The notes under the pieces are model-generated. The model was not told the DNA's origin, did no database searches, and saw nothing but the letters and a program-made list of their open reading frames with translations. Positions 1-6,870 of a stretch of DNA of 24,000 nt are shown here, piece by piece. Source of the DNA: an uncultured Solirubrobacteraceae bacterium (GTDB lineage Bacteria > Actinomycetota > Thermoleophilia > Solirubrobacterales > Solirubrobacteraceae). The position numbers and the translations under genes were made by a program. The stretch is from assembly GCA_964242305.1 (NCBI GenBank), contig CAXTBB010000011.1, forward strand, positions 52,935 to 76,934. Reading direction: 5' to 3'. Numbering within the stretch: position 1 is the stretch's first letter; each line of letters starts with the position of its first letter.

Positions 1-1643
1 TCGACCGCATCCAGCGCGGCGACCGCGGGGCGCTGCGGATCGTCTGCCTGATCGTCGTCCTCGCCGCGCTGGCCCGGCTCGGGCTGTCGGTGGCGCGGCG
101 GCTGGTGGCCGGGCGCGTCTCGCTCGGCGTCGAGGTCGACATGCGCGAGGCGCTGTACGCCCACCTGCTGCGCCTGGAGATGGGCTTCTTCGACGACCAG
201 CAGACGGGGCAGCTGATGTCGCGCGCGACCGTCGACCTCTCCTCCGTGCGCTTCTTCCTCGGCTACGGCCTCGTCTTCATCACCCAGAGCGCGCTGACCA
301 TCATCCTCGCCGCCGTCGCCATGATCGCCCTGCAGCCGGGGCTGGGCCTGCTCGCGCTCGTCCCCACCCCGTTCGTGGTGCTGATCGCCAACCGCTACGG
401 GATGAAGTCGCGGCCGGCGCTGCGGGAGGTCCAGCAGCGCATCGCCGAGCTGACCGCCGACGCCGAGGAGAACGTGTCCGGCGTGCGCGTGGTCAAGGCC
501 TTCGCGCGCGAGGAGCGCCAGCTGCACCGCTTCCGCGGCCGCGTCCAGTCCGTCTTCGACCAGAACCTGATCGCCACCCGCCAGCGCGCGTTCTACAACC
601 CGCTGCTGGCGTTCCTGCCCCAACTCGGCCTCGCCGCGATCCTGATCGTCGGCGGCCGGCGGGTCATCGACGGGACGCTGAGCACCGGCGAGTTCGCCGC
701 CTTCTACACCTACGTGCTCATGCTGGCCGGGCCGATGCGGATGCTCGGCGTGTCCCTGGGCATGTACCAGCGCGCGATGGCGTCTGGCCTGCGCCTCTTC
801 GAGATCCTCGATCGCGAACCGAAAGGGGTCGGGTCTCCACATCCCACACCGCTGCCGGACGGCGACGGCCGCGTCGAGCTGCGTCACGTCTCCTTCGCCT
901 TCGCGGGGGCGCGCGGCAACGCGCTCACCGACGTCTCCCTGACCGTCCCCGCCGGCAGCACCGTCGCGCTGGTGGGCGGGACGGGATCGGGCAAGTCGAC
1001 GCTGGTGTCGCTGCTCCCGCGCCTGTACGAGGCGACGGCGGGCTCGGTGCTGATCGACGGCGTCGACGTCCGCGACATCGCCGCCGGCTCCCTGCGCCGG
1101 GCGATCGCCGTCGTCACCGACGACCCGTTCCTGTTCAGCGACACCGTGCACAACAACATCGCCTACGCGCGCCCGGACGCGACCCGGGCCGAGGTCGTGG
1201 CGGCGGCGCGCGCGGCGCAGGCGGCCGACTTCATCGACGCGCTCCCGGAGGGCTACGACACGCGCATCGGCGAGCGCGGGCTGACCGTCAGCGGCGGCCA
1301 GCGCCAGCGGCTCGCCATCGCCCGCGCGCTGCTGGCCGACCCGCGCGTCCTCGTCCTCGACGACGCCACCTCGTCCGTGGACGCCTCCACCGAGTCGCTG
1401 ATCAAGGACGCGCTGCGCACGGCGATGGAGGGCCGCACGACCTTCGTGATCGCCCACCGCCTCTCGACGATCGCGCTGGCCGACTTCGTCGTCGTCCTCG
1501 ACGGCGGCCGCGTCGTGGCCAGCGGGACGCACGACGAGCTGCTCACGCAGTCCTCGCTGTACGCGGAGATCGCCGCCAAGGGTCTGCCCGACCAGGTCTT
1601 CCTGAACCGCAAGCCGGCCGAGCCGGAGGTGGTCGGGCTGTGA
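1..1643 (+). CDS. ABC exporter half-transporter (fused TMD-NBD), 5'-partial; subunit with degenerate Walker B
   Basis: The reading frame is open to the window edge. Codons upstream of the track ORF 90..1643 read DRIQRGDRGALRIVCLIVVLAALARLGLS, typical of TM1 of an ABC exporter. Motifs: Walker A GGTGSGKST, signature VSGGQRQRLAIARAL, Walker B VLVLDD with Asp (1362-1364) where the catalytic Glu is expected, H-loop AHRLST. The stop TGA 1641-1643 overlaps the GTG of the next gene. Confidence 0.9.
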   Translation, partial: DRIQRGDRGALRIVCLIVVLAALARLGLSVARRLVAGRVSLGVEVDMREALYAHLLRLEMGFFDDQQTGQLMSRATVDLSSVRFFLGYGLVFITQSALTIILAAVAMIALQPGLGLLALVPTPFVVLIANRYGMKSRPALREVQQRIAELTADAEENVSGVRVVKAFAREERQLHRFRGRVQSVFDQNLIATRQRAFYNPLLAFLPQLGLAAILIVGGRRVIDGTLSTGEFAAFYTYVLMLAGPMRMLGVSLGMYQRAMASGLRLFEILDREPKGVGSPHPTPLPDGDGRVELRHVSFAFAGARGNALTDVSLTVPAGSTVALVGGTGSGKSTLVSLLPRLYEATAGSVLIDGVDVRDIAAGSLRRAIAVVTDDPFLFSDTVHNNIAYARPDATRAEVVAAARAAQAADFIDALPEGYDTRIGERGLTVSGGQRQRLAIARALLADPRVLVLDDATSSVDASTESLIKDALRTAMEGRTTFVIAHRLSTIALADFVVVLDGGRVVASGTHDELLTQSSLYAEIAAKGLPDQVFLNRKPAEPEVVGL

Positions 1644-3388
1644 GCGTCCGCCGCCGGCAGCTGACCGGGATCGCCGAGCTGCTGCGCCCCTACCGCGGGC
1701 GCGTCGTGTTGATGGCGCTCGCGCTGCTGTTCGCCACGGCCGCGTCGCTGGCGCCGCCGCCGCTGGCCAAGCTCGCAATCGACAACGGCATCGGCAAGAA
1801 GGACGTCGGCACGCTCGACCTCGTCGTCGTCGCCTTCATCGGCTCCGCGGTCGTGTACTTCCTGGCCACCTATGTGCAGACCTACCTGGTCGGATGGGTC
1901 GGCCAGCGCGTCCTGCAGGACCTGCGGCTGCGCATCTTCACCCACCTCCAGTCGCTGTCGATCGGCTTCTACTCGCGCCGTCAGGCCGGCGTGCTCATCT
2001 CGCGCATGACCAACGACGTGCAGGCGCTCGACCAGCTCGTCACGGACGGCGTCGTCACGCTGTTCGGGTCCTCCCTGACGCTGATCGGGACGGCGGTGAT
2101 CCTGTTCTTCCTGGATGCCCAGCTGGCGCTCTTGACCTACCTCGTCTTCCCCGTCCTCGGCGTCGCCTCCTTCGTCTTCCGGATCGTCTCCGCCGACGCC
2201 TACAAGCAGACCCGCGAGAAGGTCGCCTGGATCACGGCCTACCTGCAGGAGACGCTGTCCGGCGTCCGCGTGGTCAAGCTGTTCGCCCAGGAGCCGCGCC
2301 ACCAGGCCCGCTTTGCCGAGCTCAACGAGGACAACCGCCTGGCCAACATGAAGACGGTCAACCTCAACGCCGCGTACTTCCCGGGCGTCGAGATGCTGTC
2401 CGCCCTCGTCCAGGCCGGCATCCTGCTCTACGGCGGCATCCAGGCCATCCAGGGGGACGTCACCGTCGGCGTGCTGGTCGCCTTCATCGCCGCGCTGAAC
2501 AACTTCTTCGACCCGATCCAGCAGCTCTCCCAGCTCTACACGACCTACCAGGCGGGCATGGCGGCGCTCGACAAGATCTTCGAGCTGCTCGACGAGGCGC
2601 CCGACCTCGAGGACGCGCCCGGCGCCACCGAGCTGCCGCGCGTCCGCGGCGAGATCGGCTTCGACGACGTCACCTTCGCCTACGACGGCCGCGAGGACTC
2701 GCCGGCGCTGGCCGACGTCGACCTGGTCATCCCACCCGGTCAGACCGTCGCCCTGGTCGGCTCGACCGGCGCGGGCAAGTCGACCTTCGCCAAGCTCGTC
2801 GCCCGCTTCCACGACCCGACCGGCGGGCGCGTGCTCGTCGACGGCCACGACCTGCGCGAGGTCACCCAGCACTCGCTGCGCACCCAGCTCGGCATCGTCC
2901 CCCAGGAGGCGTTCCTGTTCTCGGGCTCCGTCGCCGACAACATCGCCTTCGGCCGCGCCGGCGCGACCCGTGAGGACGTCGAGGCCGCCGCCCGCGCCGT
3001 CGGCCTCGACGCGGTCGTGGCGGGCATGCCCGACGGCTACGACACCGACGTCGGCGAGCGCGGCTCGCACCTGAGCGCCGGCCAGCGCCAGCTGATCGCC
3101 TTCACCCGCGCGCTCATCGCCGACCCGCGCATCCTCGTGCTCGACGAGGCCACCTCCAACGTCGACATCCACACGGAGACGCGCATCGAGGACGGGCTGC
3201 GCCGCCTGCTGGCCGGCCGCACCGCGATCGTGATCGCCCACCGCCTCTCCACCATCCGCCGCGCGGGCCGGATCATCGTGCTCGAGCACGGCCGCATCGC
3301 CGAGCAGGGCACCCACGACGAGCTTATCGCCGCCGAGGGCGCCTACTACGCGCTCTACCGCGACTGGGCGGAGCAGGCCGCGGCGTAG
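1640..3388 (+). CDS. ABC exporter half-transporter (fused TMD-NBD); consensus-site subunit
   Basis: 582-aa ORF with a six-helix-type hydrophobic N-terminal half. Motifs: Walker A GSTGAGKST, non-canonical signature LSAGQRQLIAFTRAL (3071-3085), Walker B ILVLDE with a canonical Glu (3146-3148), H-loop AHRLST. GTGA overlap with the upstream partner. Confidence 0.9.
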   Translation: MSVRRRQLTGIAELLRPYRGRVVLMALALLFATAASLAPPPLAKLAIDNGIGKKDVGTLDLVVVAFIGSAVVYFLATYVQTYLVGWVGQRVLQDLRLRIFTHLQSLSIGFYSRRQAGVLISRMTNDVQALDQLVTDGVVTLFGSSLTLIGTAVILFFLDAQLALLTYLVFPVLGVASFVFRIVSADAYKQTREKVAWITAYLQETLSGVRVVKLFAQEPRHQARFAELNEDNRLANMKTVNLNAAYFPGVEMLSALVQAGILLYGGIQAIQGDVTVGVLVAFIAALNNFFDPIQQLSQLYTTYQAGMAALDKIFELLDEAPDLEDAPGATELPRVRGEIGFDDVTFAYDGREDSPALADVDLVIPPGQTVALVGSTGAGKSTFAKLVARFHDPTGGRVLVDGHDLREVTQHSLRTQLGIVPQEAFLFSGSVADNIAFGRAGATREDVEAAARAVGLDAVVAGMPDGYDTDVGERGSHLSAGQRQLIAFTRALIADPRILVLDEATSNVDIHTETRIEDGLRRLLAGRTAIVIAHRLSTIRRAGRIIVLEHGRIAEQGTHDELIAAEGAYYALYRDWAEQAAA

Positions 3389-3392
3389 CGAG

Positions 3393-3464
3393 CTGGGGAG
3401 CAGGGACTCGAACCCCAAATACCAGTACCAGAAACTGGCGTGTTGCCAATTACACCACTCCCCA
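3393..3464 (-). tRNA. tRNA-Gln (anticodon CUG)
   Basis: The reverse complement reads UGGGGAG-UG-GUGU-AAUUGGCA-ACAC-G-CCAGU-UUCUGGU-ACUGG-UAUU-UGGGG-UUCGAGU-CCCUG-CUCCCCA-G. It has a 7-bp acceptor stem with a U1-A72 pair as in bacterial tRNA-Gln, a GG-containing D loop, a 5-bp anticodon stem with loop UU-CUG-GU, and a UUCGAGU T-loop. CCA is not encoded. Folded by hand only. Confidence 0.9.
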
Positions 3465-3493
3465 AGGTCGGCGGTGGTGTTCGCCGGCGGGGA

Positions 3494-3499
3494 AGTATA
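3494..3499 (-). promoter_or_regulatory. candidate -10 element (TATACT) for tRNA-Gln
   Basis: This is the only AT-rich hexamer between the trkA stop (3506-3508) and the tRNA 5' end. On the minus strand it reads TATACT, 29 nt upstream of the mature tRNA 5' end. No convincing -35 was found. Confidence 0.3.
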
Positions 3500-3505
3500 G
3501 GCGGG

Positions 3506-4180
3506 CTAGTCGCGGTCGGCGGCGGAGACGAAGGTGCCCGTGATGGTCTCCTCGAGCCCCGGATCGAGCACGACGAGGACCTCGTCGCCGGCGGCGATGA
3601 CGGTGTCCGCCTTAGGGACGAAGCCGCCCCCCTCCGAGCGCAGGACGGCGACCACGAGGGCGCCGTCGGGGAGGTTCAGATCGGCGACGGAGCAGCCCGC
3701 GGCGGGGGCGCCGTCGGAGACGACGAGCTCGATGATCTCGAGGCGCTCCTCAGGCAGGTCGAGCAGATGGACGAGGCCGTACTTGGGGACCTCGTGCTCG
3801 ATCAGGCGCAGGATCAGGTCGGTGGCGGAGACGGCCGGCTGGATCTCGAGCAGCTTGAACAGCTCGAGGTTGCGGGGGTTGTTGCAGCGGGCGATGATGC
3901 GCTCGACGTTGTACTTCTGCTTGGCGACCTGGCAGATGAGCAGGTTGTCCTCGTCGTCGCCGGTGACGGCCACCACCAGGTCGGCGCGGTTGATGCCGGC
4001 CCGCTCGAGCACCCACAGCTCGGTGGCGTCGCCGTACTGGACGGCGTGCTCGAGCTCCTGCTCGACGGTCAGATAGCGGCGGCGGTCGGCCTCGACCACC
4101 GTCACCTCGTTGTCCTTCTCGAGCAGCTCGCGGGCGAGGTTCCAGCCGACCTTGCCGGCCCCGGCGACGATCACGTACAC
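3506..4180 (-). CDS. trkA: TrkA-family RCK protein (TrkA-N Rossmann domain plus TrkA-C domain)
   Basis: 224 aa. The N-terminus MYVIVAGAGKVGWNLARELL carries the GxGxxG dinucleotide fold. The central part reads DEDNLLICQVAKQKY. The C-terminal part resembles TrkA-C (LVVSDGAPAAGCSVADLNLPDGALVVAVLRSEGGGFVPKADTVIAAGDEVLVV). The start lies 4 nt after the upstream gene's stop. Confidence 0.9.
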   Translation of the reverse strand: MYVIVAGAGKVGWNLARELLEKDNEVTVVEADRRRYLTVEQELEHAVQYGDATELWVLERAGINRADLVVAVTGDDEDNLLICQVAKQKYNVERIIARCNNPRNLELFKLLEIQPAVSATDLILRLIEHEVPKYGLVHLLDLPEERLEIIELVVSDGAPAAGCSVADLNLPDGALVVAVLRSEGGGFVPKADTVIAAGDEVLVVLDPGLEETITGTFVSAADRD

Positions 4181-4184
4181 GCCG

Positions 4185-4646
4185 TCACACGCCCTCTTCG
4201 CCGGGACGGCCGACGGCCGGCTCGCCGTCGCCGAGGGCGGCGCGCTCGAGCTGGTCGATGGCGATCGCGGTCGGGCACACGGTGTGCAGGCCCTGCTCGG
4301 CGTACCAGGCGGCCCGCCGGGGATCGAGGATGCGGGCGATCACCTTGGGGACCTCGAAGCGCAAGCGGGCGAGCTGGGAGACGACGAGGTTGGTGTTGTC
4401 GCCGTTGGTGGAGGCGATGAAGACGTCGGCCTCGGCGATGCCGGCCTCCTGCAGCGCGTCGATCTCCAGCGCCGTGCCGATGGTGAAGCGCCCGCCGGCG
4501 GCCTCCCAGGCCTGGCCGAGCTCCACGTCGAGCCGCTCGTGCGACAACGGGTCCTCGTCTAGGACGGAGACGGTGTGACCCGCGCGTAAAGCGGTGGTGG
4601 CCACGGCGGCCCCCACCCGACCCGCGCCGACGACGAGCATGAACAT
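4185..4646 (-). CDS. TrkA-N domain protein (RCK N-lobe only, 153 aa)
   Basis: Only the last 153 codons of the 860-aa track ORF 4185..6767 are credible. From ATG 4646 they read MFMLVVGAGRVGAAVATTALRAGHTVSVLDEDP...DVFIASTNGDNTNLVVSQLARL, a TrkA-N Rossmann fold. The remainder of that ORF overlaps the permease gene out of frame and is Arg/Pro/Gly-rich. Confidence 0.85.
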   Translation of the reverse strand: MFMLVVGAGRVGAAVATTALRAGHTVSVLDEDPLSHERLDVELGQAWEAAGGRFTIGTALEIDALQEAGIAEADVFIASTNGDNTNLVVSQLARLRFEVPKVIARILDPRRAAWYAEQGLHTVCPTAIAIDQLERAALGDGEPAVGRPGEEGV

Positions 4647-4657
4647 GGCGGCGGAGC

Positions 4658-6637
4658 CTATCGGCGCAGGTGGAAGGCACGGCGGACCGGATCGCCACTG
4701 GGCGGCGGGGCGCCGGGGCGCTCGCGGATCTTGCGCCCGCTGCGGCTCGGCGGCGCCGTCAGGATCACGCGGCAGGGCGCCTTGGTGATCACGTAGCGGG
4801 TGGTGTCCCCCACGAACGTCGACCGCAGCCCCTCGCGGCCGCCCAGCAGGACGCCGCCGCGGATGCGCGACGGCTCCTCGGCGGGCATGACGATCGCCTC
4901 GACGCCGCGGCGGCGGGCCTCGCGGACGATCGCCTCGCCGACCGAGCGCGCCCGCGAGATGAACGGGTTGACGACGACGCCCTCGTACTCCTCCCCGACC
5001 CGCTTGGCGTGGTTGAGGTGCTCGCGGGCGCGCTTGACGTCGGCGTCGGGGACGCGGCCGTCGAGCGGCAGCGACATGGGGATGACCATCACCCACAGCG
5101 CCTCGATCTGCGCGCCGTCGTCCTCCTCGTCGGAGTCGAGCGGCTCCTCGGCCGCCAGCCGCCCCGCCGTCTGCATGATGTCGTCGTCGAGGTCGTTGCC
5201 GAACACGGGCACGAGGATCGACCCGTACTCGGCGCTCGGCCCCGCCTCCCGGGTCAGCGTGTCCTCCGGTACGGTCAGCCGCCGCGTCAGCGACTTCTCC
5301 GACCCCGTCCGGTAGGCGACGTAGAGCGCGATGCCGATCAGCATCCAGATCGGCCCGACCCAGCGCGCCGCGGTGTGCAGCGCGAGCACGGCGACGAGCG
5401 ACGCGCCCGCGATCAGCGCGCCGAGGATGGACGGGATCGGGAGCCCGCGCACGCCGAAGGGGACGCGGAAGGGGCGGTCGCGGTCGGGCTCGCGCCGGCG
5501 CAGGACGAGGACGCTCAGGTGGACGATCAGGAACGCCAGCGTCGCGCCGAACGCGTAGATCGCGCCGAGGAACTCGGTGTCCTCGGGGATGATCAGGATG
5601 AGGGCCAGCAGCGCGCCGATGCCGATGACCACCGTCGGCGTCTTGAAGCGCGGGTGCAGCCGGCCGATCGCGGACGGGATCTGGCGGTTGACGGCCAGCG
5701 CGTAGCCGAGCCGGGACAGACCCAGCATCGAGCCCAGGCAGGCGGTGAAGAGCACGAGCGTCGCCGAGATGGAGACCACCACGCGCAGCACCTCGCGCAA
5801 GCCGTCCTGGTGCACGGCGGCGATCACGCCCAGCAGCGGCGCGTCGACCCGAGATGCCGGTCCCACCACCACCCCCGCACCCGTCCGCGGCCCGACGGTC
5901 GAGGACGCCACCAGCGCCAGCCCGACGTAGGCGACCAGGAGGGACAGCACGCGGACCGCCAGCAGCCGCTTGAGCCCCGCCCGGCCGACCTTCACCTGCC
6001 CGGAGAAGCCCGACGAGGCGTCCAGCGCCGTGAACGCCACGATCGCCAGCGGGAAGGCGAAGAAGATGTCCTTGAGCTCGACGGGCCCGCCGAAGCGCAC
6101 CGGGTGCGCGATCACCTCGGGGTCGAAGAGGACGATCAACCCGACGACGAGCAGGAACACCTGCGCGGCGAGGTCGCCGAGCGCGAAGCCGAAGAAGCGC
6201 AGGAAGCGGCGCGGGTCGATGCCGCGCACGTTCATCCCCGCCGCCAGCGCGATCGCCCCGCCGGCCACGGCCAGCTCCAGGCCGCCGTGGCCCAGCGGCG
6301 ACCAGAACACGGCCAGGTAGTCCGTGATCGTGAACGCCGTGAGGGCGATCAGGATCACGTAGTCGAGCATGATCGCCCAACCCGCGACGAACGAGACCAG
6401 CTCGTTGAACGCGTAGCGGGCGATGATGGTCGCCCCGCCGCGCTCCTGGTGCAGCGACGCCGCCTCCATGTACGACATCGCCGTGAGGACGAAGAAGACG
6501 GCGGCGGCCAGGTAGACGAGCCACGTCCACCCCTCCGCCCGCTCCGCCACGATGCCCAGCGAGAAGTAGAAGCCGGCGGCGACGAACGCCTGCACGAGTC
6601 CCCACAGGACCGGCGAGCCGAGCTGCTTGCGCATCAC
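4658..6637 (-). CDS. APC-superfamily permease with C-terminal universal stress protein (USP) domain
   Basis: 659 aa. About 12 hydrophobic segments fit an APC-type fold. A cytosolic tail follows (YGSILVPVFGNDLDDD...VEAIVMPAEE...VGDTTRYVITKAPCRVILT), typical of a USP alpha/beta domain. The start is GTG 6637 or ATG 6634, and either overlaps the stop of the small upstream ORF. Confidence 0.85.
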   Translation of the reverse strand: MMRKQLGSPVLWGLVQAFVAAGFYFSLGIVAERAEGWTWLVYLAAAVFFVLTAMSYMEAASLHQERGGATIIARYAFNELVSFVAGWAIMLDYVILIALTAFTITDYLAVFWSPLGHGGLELAVAGGAIALAAGMNVRGIDPRRFLRFFGFALGDLAAQVFLLVVGLIVLFDPEVIAHPVRFGGPVELKDIFFAFPLAIVAFTALDASSGFSGQVKVGRAGLKRLLAVRVLSLLVAYVGLALVASSTVGPRTGAGVVVGPASRVDAPLLGVIAAVHQDGLREVLRVVVSISATLVLFTACLGSMLGLSRLGYALAVNRQIPSAIGRLHPRFKTPTVVIGIGALLALILIIPEDTEFLGAIYAFGATLAFLIVHLSVLVLRRREPDRDRPFRVPFGVRGLPIPSILGALIAGASLVAVLALHTAARWVGPIWMLIGIALYVAYRTGSEKSLTRRLTVPEDTLTREAGPSAEYGSILVPVFGNDLDDDIMQTAGRLAAEEPLDSDEEDDGAQIEALWVMVIPMSLPLDGRVPDADVKRAREHLNHAKRVGEEYEGVVVNPFISRARSVGEAIVREARRRGVEAIVMPAEEPSRIRGGVLLGGREGLRSTFVGDTTRYVITKAPCRVILTAPPSRSGRKIRERPGAPPPSGDPVRRAFHLRR

Positions 6638-6870
6638 CGCGCCCCTCGGCCTCGCCCAGAGGGCTCGTCATCGTTCGGCAGATATGTCTTGCGTTCCTTT
6701 CGGAGGCTTTGGGCCTCACTACGTTCGGCCCACAGCCGCAGCCCGCCGGCGACGGCCAGCAACGCACCGATGAGGTAGCCCGCGCCGCCGCCCTCGGACG
6801 CCGTCCGCACGACGATGGCGAGCCCGAGCAGCAGCATGACCAGCGGGAGCAGATGGGTGCGGACGCTCAT
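6634..6870 (-). CDS. small two-TM membrane protein (78 aa), unknown function
   Basis: This is the C-terminal 78 codons of the otherwise spurious track ORF 6634..9072: MSVRTHLLPLVMLLLGLAIVVRTASEGGGAGYLIGALLAVAGGLRLWAERSEAQSLRKERKTYLPNDDEPSGRGRGAR. ATG 6870-6868 overlaps the upstream TGA (ATGA). Its own TGA 6636-6634 overlaps the downstream start. It has two hydrophobic helices with G/C-rich third positions, and a basic/acidic tail with lower GC3. Confidence 0.5.
   Translation of the reverse strand: MSVRTHLLPLVMLLLGLAIVVRTASEGGGAGYLIGALLAVAGGLRLWAERSEAQSLRKERKTYLPNDDEPSGRGRGAR

Noticed and set aside
1253-3418. 721-aa minus-strand ORF covering both ABC genes
   Set aside because: It is antisense to two ORFs with complete ABC motifs. 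Its product is Asp/Gly/Arg/Ala-rich low-complexity sequence with no recognisable motifs. This is a typical stop-codon-poor artefact of very high G+C.
3393-3464. tRNA-Gln as the attachment site of a genomic island
   Set aside because: I noticed no integrase, no recombinase, no duplicated tRNA 3' segment and no compositional shift nearby. The flanking genes are core-type transporters.
4647-6767. N-terminal 700 aa of the 860-aa ORF 4185..6767, plus the plus-strand ORF 4670..6778
   Set aside because: These are out of frame or antisense to the well-supported APC-USP permease, and Arg/Pro/Gly-rich. Only the last 153 codons (the TrkA-N domain from ATG 4646) look like a real protein.
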